Below are positions 39,507-51,860 of a stretch of DNA of 64,000 nt, piece after piece. Within the stretch, counting starts at the first letter, position 1, and each line of letters opens with the position of its first letter. The position numbers were made by a program, and so were the translations under genes. This DNA comes from Phoronis australis. Its lineage: Eukaryota > Animalia > Phoronida. The DNA lies in the NCBI GenBank assembly GCA_002633005.1, contig NMRA01000266.1:136544-200543 (forward strand), given 5' to 3'. The notes under the pieces were generated by a model that made no database searches, was not told where the DNA came from, and saw nothing but the letters and a program-made list of their open reading frames with translations.

Positions 39507-42500
39507 CTGAAAGAAAAACAATTCTTGGTGCTTCTTATGACCGTAGCCAATGGCTGGTACATACTTACTTTAGGTAGCGCTCAGTTATTTTTACTGGCTT
39601 TAGGCTTACAGTGTACACATCCCGGTGTAGGCATCTCCAACACTCTAAAAATATGGACAGTATACATGTACAAGACCAAAAAAAAATCCAAAAACCTTGA
39701 TGAAAATGAGCAAAATGCACCATGTCAGCGATTTTCAGCCCAAAGCCGCCATTCGTACTGTAGGCGATTGCTGTGAACTGAGGGAGTTTACATTCGTACT
39801 TCCGACTCCCTGCAGATTACAGAAATCAAGTTATCATGGAAGTCGACCATGATCATCTACAATTTTTATAAATCGAAACGGTACCTGAATTAACTAACAA
39901 ATTCCCACTTCCCATCATGCACTCGCATGTAATTAACGTCTACAAAAATCCACGAACTGTCAAAAAACTGACGTATTGTTAACAACTAGCAGTCTTTCAA
40001 TCAGAACAAGTTCAAAAATCAAGCAGAAGTTATTCGTGTCCTTCTTACGAACTACAAAACTCAACAGATCCAACCAATACAACTGGTATCTATTTTAATA
40101 GAATTGAGATTGTACGTGTATGTTGTACCGTGGCTCAAGTGCCATCGAGCGTCACCTATTGCCCACAGACAGATGACAAACGTGTCTGTCGTGAAACCCT
40201 AACATAGGGGAAGACAACCGGGTTGCGCGTCTTTTACATGTAGGTAAATAGTAATTGCATGCTTATCGCAAAGTTGATTTTCCTCCCAAAAGGCACAATA
40301 CTACTGAGTGCGACATATTAGAAGTGACTCTCGCTGCCCGAATCATTCCAGCCCCGTTTACCTCCGGAGAACGTCAAATGTTGAAAGAAATCAAACATAA
40401 CTGGGGAATTCCAACACGTTCCACGCAAATTGGTTTCTCCACGTTATGGGATCAAAAATACGTCTTCCAAAACTAATTTCGTGATTTGAGAGAAGTGATG
40501 CCAAATGTGAACCTATCAAATTAAGTCATTTTCGCGTGACTTCCTCAGGCTGACCAAGCTTTCTTCTACGAACCATGTGTTTGTTGCTCAGATATTCACA
40601 AAGGGGAAAAAGACCCCGAAATCAGGCTATTTGGAATATCGTTTTAACAGGAGAATCATTTAATTTGGCTCAGCAAACTAAGTTTAAGGTTACTGAACAG
40701 AACATGTGATGGTTATTATATAATCCTGGGTTTGAGATTTAATTCTACTAGAAATTTGGATTACCATTTTTTATAAGAGTCAGGTTTATTATCCTGTGCT
40801 GCAGCATTTCAAATCTAGGGATCTTTAAATGAAAACTTAGACGAGAGAGGTAACACTTTGTAAGATACAATGAAAACACAGCCAAGGGTGTTTGTATACT
40901 GATACAATGGATTTATATATTACGTGCTGATGCATGCATACATAAAACGAATTACCTCCAAAGCACTGATGACCTCCGCAGTCATAAATACAACACGATA
41001 CAATACAATGCAATACAATGACAAACAAGTAAGTGATTACTTTCCATGCATTCCGCATACTTTTAAAAAAACTGATGTATGATATCAATCGAGTAGATAT
41101 TTTAACAAACGCACAGACGCTTGGTGCTACATATCGAAAGAATTCCAAATCATAGGGCATTTGGGAAGTGTATAAAAATATGTTCCTGTAACATCTTGAA
41201 TTGCCGTATGTGAGTTTGAAAACCTGCTTAATTTCAAGAATAAGCGGAAGTGAGTGCTGCGTGAACTTGGAGTTCCAAGATCACGCAATTAAGCAAGCTG
41301 CCAAACCCTGTACATGTACGTGAACTTGGAATATTGCGTGAATTTGGAATTAAGCGGCTGCCCAGTCACAGCACAAGTTTGGACTGAAATCAATACAAAA
41401 CCGATAGGCTACGGTGAGAATAGAGTTTGAAAAAGATCGAGACAAAGCATCCCTGGTCAGGTCTTGATTACTGGTTAGTACCGAGGTACTTGAGTAAAAA
41501 AAGTCACCAGTGAACTGTAATGTGTTCCCTCGGTGATGTACCGGGCATTCAAGGTGGTAGCCGACGTCAGTGCTACAGTACAACTGTACCTGGACGTGGC
41601 CTTTTGTGTCACAGGCCTATTATTTTCCGTGTTGTACTCTTGTTGTCTATTCCAAAATTAAAATAAAGTCTGATGTTTGAAATTAAAGGCTGGTTGAGTA
41701 TTTGATGAAGTGAAATGTTTCATTTAAATATTATCTCGAAGGAGTAAAGGAACTCTAAACAGCTACTCTAGTGAGCATTAGATATCTTTGGTGTTGTAAA
41801 GGTCTACTACCCTTGCTTGAACTTTGAATGATTCATTTTCTTCTGTAGTAAAAATTGTTGAATGCTTGTAAAGCATTGAAAATGCGTTTTTTATATACTT
41901 TTGAAACACCTCTGAATGCGTTCACATGTGTTTTCTATCCAATTCCAAGTTTAAGCAAGCCACGCCCTTGCTTAAACGCGGAATGATTGTATATTAGCTA
42001 ACATTTAAAAAAACCTCACACTTGCCCAAGTTGGGCGCCGAACAAAGCTGACTCACATTTATTGTAAAACATTGATCCTGACACAGTTAACATCGCATTT
42101 TATCATCGTATCACCGGCTTCTGTCATTTACTGTTTGCCAGTGTTGTAAAAAGTTCGCCTTTTTGCATGGCACCTGGTTGTTCAAACTCTTCGAAAAAGG
42201 TGTCACCTAACGGGAGGGGCATATGAGGCTATCCGTTGCTTTTGCCTTGGAGCAAAGCTGTATGCTAAATTAATTCACAATAAAATACTGTTCCCTTTAG
42301 TAAGCAAACTTGGAATAATTGTCTGTTCATTTTACAAAAAATCGTTGGTGAAGCAAGCTTTCTATTGCAGATTACAATCACCTGTAAACGCAATTCCTTC
42401 TGTTGAGACTAATCCAACACACGAGTAATCGTCTAAAATTTTAAATTTAACCAGTATAAAAACACTAATGGGTTTTACATTTTCGTTTTTTAAACAATTC

Positions 42501-44153
42501 AATACCTTTAATGAGACACTTTTATAGCCAAACAGTGGGGCCATTCTTTTTGGGAAGCTCAGGGGTCACAGAAAACATGCTCTCCATGTTAGTGCAAGTG
42601 GACCGGAGTCACTAGACCTGATGGATTTCACGACGGAAATGTGTGACATTGCTTTAACAATATCCACAATTTCCAACATACTACCAAAATACAATGGAAC
42701 ATAAACCGCACTGTATAAAGGTACAAAGACTTGCATACAGCATTTCACACACTAAACTATACAATGTCGTAATTTGACAAGGCTAATAAAATATTTGTTT
42801 CTTTTCCAATGGACTCTAATACAACTCTAGGTAAATCTCAACAAAAACAACTTATTGTGTAAATCCATTCACAATCAAAAAATGAACGACATAGACACAA
42901 CATCACATTCAACTCTGACAAAAGTTCGACTGTATAAATTGACAGATAATTCTGGTAGGAATTGTATCTAAATTTGAAAGTCTTGCAGACTGCTGTTGAA
43001 GTCTGTCTGAAATATTTTAGTACATGTACCTTTAAAATGCAACATGGCAACATCCCGACTTGCACAGATATTCTGCTGTTGTGATCAAAATAATTTTTGA
43101 TGACAAATCTGAACATACTCGATGGGATGTGTGTTGTGCAAAGAACGGTTCTCATTTTAAAAACAATCTATCCCCCTTCCCACTCATAACCTTTGAAACA
43201 TGCAGTAATGCAATAAATACTCAAATGGTGTAAACTTGTTCGATGCTTGCTTTCTGTATACAAGAGGTACGTGGAGTGTTAAAATGCGCCCAGGACACCA
43301 ACACAATTCCACTAGTGTTTTTAGTATAATAAAAATGGTCATTAAATGGCCCATAGTGTATTAAATCCATCCGAATTGAGAGTGTGGCGTCATCCCTGTA
43401 AAACACAACTGTTTGTCAAATTTTGTAAATATTCCAGCCAACTCCCAGGGACAAACGTAAAAAATGACAATAGGGGGCACAGCTGTAGTCTGATTTGTCT
43501 GTAGCTCAGCATCACATGCTGCCATCTCTATAGAAGCCCATCTGCTAAATTCGCAAAGATCCTAATACAGGTTAAGGAGATAGAGCTCTAAATTCAAAAA
43601 AAGCAAAATTGCCCCAAGAGGGCGCCAGAAATCAAAAACATCTGAAAATCAACATCAGCCAGTGTCATCGCATCAGGAAGACAACCGTCAGTTTTTCTAA
43701 TCGTCCTTTGAATGGTTTGGCAGACACAGACGTAGACGTCAAAAATATACACGAAAACTTTAAAATGGCCACCAGGTGGAGCAGAAAACATAAAATCTGT
43801 CCAAAAATGGGAAGGCGATGTCGTCTTCTTAATAGAAAACTATTAGCGGTATTTTATGGAAATACACAACAGGCTACTGAAATTCGAAGGTACAAAGGAA
43901 AACTCGATTTTGTCACAATAACAGGTTCCATTTTTGACTAAAGTATGCCCTAAGTGTAACTCAAAGGGAAAAAAGTTAATTTTTTTAGAATATTAATCAA
44001 GAATTATTAATATTTTCATACCTCATATTTTGGTGGCATCAACCGATACACAGTTACATCTGAAATGCACTCTGTCCTCACCAAGGTTTGAGCCCAGGAC
44101 TTTCTGCCAACCTGTTAGCCAACACGTGGCCCATGTGAAGACCAATACATGTA

Positions 44154-44958
44154 CCGTCAGAGGCCCTAAAGTCGTGAGTGCCCTAAAGTCGTGAACGATC
44201 TTATTTCCTCTTCTGCGCGGTCCTGCGACATCTGGCGTTGAAGTTTCCAGCGTTCGTCTGCTTACGAACGTCAAACGAATACCCGGACGTGTTCGTATTC
44301 ACAATATGATAACAAACAGTGAGTGAGTGGCTTCTTTTTTCAAATGTATCTTAAAAACAGCATATTTCACTAATTCACTTTTTTGGGCATTTTTGGGATA
44401 TATTTTCGAAAATATTTATCGTTCAGATTTACTCAAACACGCGCTCCAGGGGTAGCTTGAACAATGTATCAAAATGTCCCAGGGTTGATCAAGTTTTGTA
44501 AGGCCAAAACAATAAAATACAGAGCGATAATTGCTGCTGGGTTCTTAGCGTTTTACGTGAACAACCTCATTGAAAACGTCTGTGCACATCAAAGTTGGGT
44601 GCAAAAATTATAACAATTTATTTCAATTGAAACTGAATTAATAAACAATGCAATGCATTTTTATGTCATCTAGATTAACTGTACGCACTGTAGTTGACTT
44701 GTGAGGTCTTACTTCGAGTATTTCCGTCTAACCGAAACGGTCACGACTTTAGGGCCTCATTCAAAATGGCCGCCGATATCAGCGACCGTTTCAAAACTCT
44801 GCTTACGAAGACAAACAAGGATTAAGATTGTCAAAACATGTACATTTGTGAAGGCTGACATATGTCCATGACATCACATGAGCAGTTGCTAACGGACATT
44901 GGGTAGTATGTCAATCGGCACTTATTATGCTTATATTCACGACTTTAGGTCACCGGTG
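44154..44958. mobile_element. Non-autonomous DNA element with repeated terminal motif
   Basis: cctaaagtcgtga twice at left end, reverse complement tcacgactttagg at ~44741 and ~44937; TA at both outer edges. Confidence 0.7.
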
Positions 44959-45868
44959 TAGTTATATGATATCATTCACTGCGCAGTAAAAGAACAATAT
45001 CCAATCATCAGGTTAAGGTTATGACAGATCCTAGACGAATGATCAAACCTGGAAACGCTGAAAACATGTCTTCCAAATGGCTGTTAGGATTATAATCAAG
45101 ACTTTCATATCTTGTACTTTATGCACTGTTCCCCATCAGGCTTTTAGAGATTGTCTTTTGACTGATCTACTTTGGTAAAATAAGGACTTTCAGTAAATTC
45201 ATGAGAAACTCAAACATTACATTAAACGAAAATGGCTACTTAGAAAACAGAATCGGGATTTCTCAGATTTCACATAGGACATATATATCAAAAGGAAATT
45301 GACCACTTTATGAATGTATTCCTTTCTTCCGGAATCTTACACGTATTAAAAATATAGTCCAAGGGCGCAATGAATGACAGACTGATGTATCAAGTCAGTA
45401 TATGCAGACTCTCTAATTTCATGAATTATAGTAGTGTAATAGCAAGTTAAATTAAGAAGTTTGTAGCTATTTTTCAGTCTGGTGCAACATAACCTTATGT
45501 TGTGACATTAAATTTTGGGTTACTTCTGATGTTTCGTTTTATTACTATTGATACTTCTGTCCTCTGATTGTCTGGATCAAAGCTTGATAATTTTGACCCA
45601 CCTCCCTGTGGAATAACACAACATTGATGCTACCAGAATGTCACGCCACTACCAATGCGACCAATCAGATACCGTAAAAGCATAAACTCTGAGAAGAAAG
45701 CAAGCAGACAATGTTAGTGCATCAAAGCATAAAGTCATTCAATAAAAGAAAGATAGACTGATCTATTGGGCATATCAGGTAACTTAGACCTGCTTTTGGC
45801 CTCGGGCCACATTGCTCTTCGTTGGTCCATATTACACTCAGGATCAGTGTAACTCTTAAGGCACTTCC

Positions 45869-46030
45869 CATTGGCGGATTGAGAGGAGGGCCAAGGGGGC
45901 CATGACCCCCCTAAAATTATCTCAGATTCCAATCCGCAGTTTGGGGGTTTGAATGTTTGACGGGTAAAATTCTGGCTAATACTTTGCCCTGCCCCCGCCC
46001 CCTCAACTCTGAATTCTGAATCCGGCCCTG
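45869..46030 (-). mobile_element. Short MITE-like element family 2, copy B
   Basis: Reverse-complement similarity to 29256-29408 (gagggccaagggggccatg..cccctaaaatt). Confidence 0.7.
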
Positions 46031-46221
46031 CAGAAAACGTTGACAATTAAAAACGAATGCGTTGGTAAAGATAGCATGTGCTTTAAAGTGGACCCGGTCT
46101 GATGGCTTGTATCAAACTGACACATTAGTAATATCCCGAAATTTTATATTATCACCATGGTAATGTATTTGTTGCCCAATAAAGATGCACATTCACTACC
46201 CCAGCGTTTGTTCGTACTCAC

Positions 46222-46287
46222 ATACCTCTTCATCATACGCCTTCCCTATCTCGCGGTCGCCTTGATTTTGTTCAAAAATACCAGCAC
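46222..46287 (-). CDS. Candidate small upstream exon of the Ig gene
   Basis: catttctag|GT GCT...GTA T|gtgagt; 66 nt, open, phase 1-1 (GAGIFEQNQGDREIGKAYDEEV); no homology support. Confidence 0.25.
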
Positions 46288-48058
46288 CTAGAAATGGACA
46301 TCTGCAGACCAGATGGGCAAAACCACGTGACCTTTAAACATAAGCATGGACGGGAAGATTCCTTGTCAAAATGGCCGCAGCATTCAAGCAGGTGAACATA
46401 ATGCAGTACCGTCTTCCGAGCTTGCATCTAGCGGTTTGGCCTTCTTTGGAAAAAGTGATTACGCAAAATATTCTATACATGAGCCTTTCTTTTAGGAAGC
46501 GACTTCTTGTTTGGCCGAGAGACACTGGAGAGTAGAGACCGGTTTTATATTTATCAATGAAAATAAACATTACCACAGCAATGACACAACAAAAATGCAT
46601 ACAAACACAAAACGTACCGAGAGTGGCGTACATGCAGACATGATCTGATTTTTTACTGTTCAATGAATATATTTTAGGGTTTTCAAAACGACTACATTAT
46701 AGAGTTGTAAATTACGTGAAAAAGCTATCTCTTACGGCAGTGTACCTGTAGTTACACAAATAATATCCAAATGCTATATAGGGGGGTATTGTTTAGCCCT
46801 TAGCACATTGATGAATAAATTATTAGCAAATAGCAAATGTTTAATAAACCATTACCGTTATCGAAATTACTTTCAAAATATGCAGACAATATCAAGTTAT
46901 TGTCAAAACTTAAACTATGTTTTACGGTTAGGTTCAAGTTATGAACGAATGAATATAATGTTACGCTTCGAGTACACCTTATACTCTTCTCGAATCTGAA
47001 TACCGACCACAGGTCTGGGACATTTTGCGTTGACAACAGGGTGGAATGATAGTTTACAGTGGAAACTTCTACGCATGAAACACCACGTGCCCCTTTGGAA
47101 ATTGAATCAAACGCTCTTCCGAACTACATGTATGTTGTGGTTAGGACACATCATTGTTTTTCTTTCATCATGAGTACAGTGATTTTTAACATCGGAAAAA
47201 CATGCGCCCAAAGGTATTGCGTTAAAACATAATACAAGACAAATAAGAAATTACGACTAAATTATAAACCTACCAGCAAAATCTCGGATATCATGAATAC
47301 ATTGTAGGCAAGGGTAGACGTGCTTTGCAGTAAATATGATTGATCCTAGATGACTACACTCACGACGATATTCAACCGTTCACTTGCATAACGTCATAAT
47401 CAAATAATCTACAATGGACCCCGTACATCTAAATGTATGATGAAAAATCCAAGCTGGTCCATTGTAGTCGAGTAAACATCGGCTTTTTGAAATTGGTTCG
47501 TTATCAAACAAGCAAGCAATACCAAAATCCGGTTCAGACACAGGCGAATGTTAATTTCCTAAAAATGCAGGTCTTGGAAAAAACATATAAATGTGCGTAT
47601 GGTTCTTTTCAGCTCAGACACGGTTGTGGTGTCGAAAGTAAGGTAAGCGATTCCATCAACAGACTGAATACATAGGGTGTGTGTCATAGATTATCTAAAC
47701 ATAGGAATTATTCAGACTTCTCGATGTTCATGTATTTTTCCTTTACTAGGGTCAACCAAAAGTGTGAACGATTAAATCGATAAATTTGGAACCTTGGGTG
47801 ACCCCATAAATACTAGCTATAAAGTGTTTCTTGAAAATATCGGCTTCGGCATTATGTCTGAGTTGCGACGCCATCTTTTCATGAAGAAAATTAGGTGACT
47901 TCATCTGGGTTCTTTTTATTTATATTAAAAAATTATGGTCTTGAATCTGAGCGTTGAATCGACGAGAAAATTCTGCAAGCAGTCACCTATACTGTCACAC
48001 GTCGGAGTGTTGACCAACGCCAGTGTTATTTTCAATTGTCCTTACCTTTTTCAGCATC

Positions 48059-48441
48059 ATGCTCAACATGAAAATTGCCTGTTTAACCTTACTATCAGCG
48101 TGCGCTGTCGTAAACGGATATCTTGGCTTGGGTAAATTCGACGACAGTTTTATTAGGGGCATCAGCACGATGTTCTATTATCGGGGACTACAGAATCACC
48201 AGTATGCCGTAGGAGTTTTAAATTCGGGGGGAGACTCTCCGAGCAACCCACTCCATCCTTGCTACAGGGAATCGGGCAGCAAATACCTTGACAAGGCCAG
48301 ATGGTACAGCATGGATGTTCCCGTTCGCTGGCAGAATTTCTGGGCGCGCGAACGCATTAAGGGCGACGTGAACATTCATGCAGAGATACAGGTTTTAGAA
48401 GCCCTCCCTGCCGTAATGCGACAGTTTGGCGCTACCGTGAG
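48059..48441 (+). CDS. Secreted AID/APOBEC-like deaminase (SNAD-like), coding exon 1
   Basis: Signal-peptide-like MLNMKIACLTLLSACAVVNG, HQYAV strand, zinc motif HAE (NIHAEIQVL); donor AG|gtaagt, phase 2; acceptor just upstream at 48053-48054 implies a non-coding first exon. Confidence 0.9.
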
Positions 48442-49375
48442 GTAAGTTGCCATGGTAACTAAACTACGGGCAATTACAGTATTCCTCCGAGAAAGAACTT
48501 ATTTTTAATGCAGTGTTCACGTACCGTCTTATCTGGTCTACTATTCTTCCACATGTTCCAACCAAATTACATATTTTAGTGATCGTCAGACCTCAGGGGA
48601 TTAATTCTCGAACTGTATATAGGCAAACATTTGGGTTGGGAATTGAATTTTGCCTCCAGGTTGTAGGGAGGTTTCCAGAATTCTTATCTAGCTAAATGAA
48701 ACCGACTAGGCCTTTCTTCAAGTTATGAAGACCTTACAGTCTTCTAGAAATCAACTGTTGCTATCGCCTTGTCGTCGGAGCCACTGTTGATATAGATGGT
48801 GACAATTTATGTTGTTAAAACAACGCCTGCTGAACTATCATTCTACGGTCCAATCCCAGATTAGACGCACGTCGATCTTCTCACAGTGAGAAGCTTGAAT
48901 CGCTATCCTGTGATTTGAAGGTATGAGGATCTTCATGGCAACGGTAATTGAGCTATCGACAGGATTTTGAGTGCAGGCTTAACTGACCACTTAGGACGCA
49001 TCATTATTGACACACCTTCGTTTCCAAGCCGCCCGTTTACCAGACAAACAACACGTTGCCGTGTAAAACTTAGTGTTTGTTAGTCAACATTACGCAAAGA
49101 AGCGGAGCTCGCGATAGGTCAATTGTTGAGATTGGGCAGAATATTAACTTTATGGAAAGTCGGACGACTTTGTAAACCCTGATTTTAACGTTTAGTCTGC
49201 CACTGGATCAGATTTATGAATACGCTACAATACTACAACCTATCACGATACAACTAACATTTGAATAGCTGTATTTATTGCACGCCCACGGTAATAGCAC
49301 GTGATTGACCAGAATATTAATTTCACGGAAAGTCGGTAACGTGGTAGGGCGACATTGTAAACCCTTGTTTTAACG

Positions 49376-49665
49376 TCTCTTATCTTTTTACCTGAAATAG
49401 AACTCGAAATTGTGTTTGGCATTCTCTACTCTATTTTTATGCGAACTCAAGATAAGTGTCTATTATTCTAGTCTTTATTACATAAGAACTTAGTGGATTA
49501 TTGATTTATATTAGTCCTAGTTTGCAGTTGATAAACCCAACAGAAATGCTAAAATTTCGAGTTTTCTCTCGAGTTTAGAGCACGAATATAAGGACAACGA
49601 ATACAAGAAATTGACAAAAATAATTTCGAGCTAATTTCGATTACAAAGATTAGAAACCGGGCCCC
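49376..49665 (+). mobile_element. MITE family 1, copy B (internally deleted) in the deaminase intron
   Basis: Shares gaactcgaaatt..gaactcaagataagtgtctattattcta and tacaaagattaga.ac.gggccc with 62199-62605. Confidence 0.85.
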
Positions 49666-49731
49666 GTGGTACTCTCTGTTGTGAACCTGTTCATCAGGTA
49701 ACATCTTTAATTAACAACTGATATATTCCAG

Positions 49732-50008
49732 TGAGGTCCATATGTACACTCAATTGTCACCGTGCGAGCGATGTACCGATCGTATCGAACAATTTGCAAG
49801 GGAACACGGGACTGTGAACTTCTATATTGGTTACGACTACGTATTCAAGCACGATGGAGACCCAACAGGCCAAATTGCTTTGGACTACGCCAATGCACAC
49901 TTCAGACCCTTGAGGAACCTGTGGTTTGGTCAAATTGCTGATCCTACAAAGGGTCCAGGGATGAGTTGCAGCTACGTAACAGGACGCAATGAAAACACTT
50001 TGTTCTGA
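49732..50008 (+). CDS. Secreted AID/APOBEC-like deaminase (SNAD-like), coding exon 2
   Basis: ttccag|T GAG GTC CAT ATG restores frame: SEVHMYTQLSPCERC..FYIGYDYVF; total 660 nt = 219 aa + stop. Confidence 0.9.
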
Positions 50009-50027
50009 TGGAGTAAATTTTTAAACT

Positions 50028-50033
50028 AATAAA
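50028..50033 (+). promoter_or_regulatory. Probable polyadenylation signal of the deaminase gene
   Basis: AATAAA 20 nt after the stop codon. Confidence 0.6.
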
Positions 50034-51806
50034 GTTGGGTTAAGGTAAATGTTCTTCATCTTCACCGCTATAAAACAAATCAAAATGATTTGAAAACACA
50101 CTGTTACATGTACTTATTCATTACTGTCTCCAAGCTGTGTTGTTCTGTCATACACGTAGTTTTCGAAGGAGAAATGTCTCCGTTTTGGCCTGGTAAACAA
50201 GGTTAATAACCCTTCTTTTTGCGTGTCTGACATTTCGTTTTTGTCACTACATCATTCATATACATGTATATGCCTTAAAACAAGTTAGTAATATTATTAG
50301 TAATATTACGAATTTTATATATCCACATTTAAATGTTTGTCGCTATCTGCAAATACAGTTCGTTAAAACTGTTCACCTAATGACTCCTTACATGATAGCC
50401 TCGAGTGGCATCTGAAACACAAAAAATATTACGGCTTGCTAACATTTTGCAACGAACCACTTACCTTGGAGTTGATTTTATACAAATTGGTTATTTCAGC
50501 CCATTATATTGACTTGTATGCACCAGCATTTTGAGTGCACACTTCGGTTGCATTTCTCCTCATCAGATTTTTACCTCTGAAAGTGGTTGGTCGGTCGATT
50601 TTCAGTGAGGTTATGCCCAGCATAGTGTTACAACCAAAATAACTAATTCAATTGATCGTATATACACTGAATCAAGTAACCCAAAATTTGGGACGTTCCT
50701 TTACCTTTTAAGGTCAAATGCCATTAAATGGCTCGCTGTCTTGTGACCCATAATCCTTTTGGTACAATTGAGGGTTTGGAACATATACGAGGACAATGAG
50801 TGATGGCAGACAGTCAGACATGGGAAATAAAGACTTTGCTAGGTTCAAAAGTACCATAATGGGCCAAAAGAGCCGTATAAAGGGCAAGCAAATGTTTTCC
50901 CTTTAATTGTAAGCGGCAGTATCACGAGCTCGTTATGAAACAGATCGCGAAGTTGCAGCGGCCGGCACACGACCTGAGAGTTGTACTGAATTGTATTTAT
51001 TAATGGAGGTAAATCCAGTTGACAAAGATAAAAAGTGTTATAGTGTACAGGGAGCTACGTATAAATGAATTGGCAGTATTTTGCAGAGCTGATTTATTCC
51101 TACAGTTCCAACCTGGAACTATAAAAAATTGAACAGAATATATCATGATTTGCAGCACGGGGTTGAGCCGATTACTCCACGTCAATGAACCAATTTATTG
51201 GTTAGTCATTTACATTACTAATCAGTTTACATAATCTATGTATGTACTTCCGGGTAAACAACAAGATAGAACAATGCAAAATTAGCCTTCACAAGCAGAA
51301 ATAATCAAAGAAAAAAACACCTATTCATAAATGAGAATCAGGTTCTTTCTGGCTGTCTCTAGACTAAAAAATCATATTAAACTGAAGTAAAAATAAGGCG
51401 CAATCACTACTAAAGCATATACACTGGGTCAATATAATGATCATGAAGTACACACAGAACTAATTTAGGTTGAGTATGCTGTTAAAGCAAACGGTGTCAC
51501 AACCAAACCGAAACAATCTGACCGCCGTGGAACACATGTGCAATCAAGGCCAACTGTAAACAATGGCATTGTAGGACAAAATATGTTAAGTACAAAAAAC
51601 TGAGACCACAATTCATGAACAAATACTAAACACCATTTTATTGGAAATGAGCTTTTCTCAAATAAATGAGCTTCGAAAAAAGGACTTAAATTGAATACTT
51701 AATAAGGTATTGCCCAGGCAATGCCACACTTGTAAATTCATTGATCGGTCTATCCTATATATTTATATGGTATACACTAGCGTCATTCGTTTGAGTGGTC
51801 TATCAG

Positions 51807-51808
<2 letters not shown>

Positions 51809-51858
<50 letters not shown>
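51809..51858. repeat. (TA)n microsatellite
   Basis: Directly visible. Confidence 0.95.

Positions 51859-51859
<1 letters not shown>

Positions 51860-51860
<1 letters not shown>

Noticed and set aside
1-50008. V(D)J-like or AID-driven somatic diversification system
   Set aside because: No recombination signal sequences noticed, no V-type segment array, exons form one continuous frame, and the deaminase appears secreted; kept only as a linkage hypothesis
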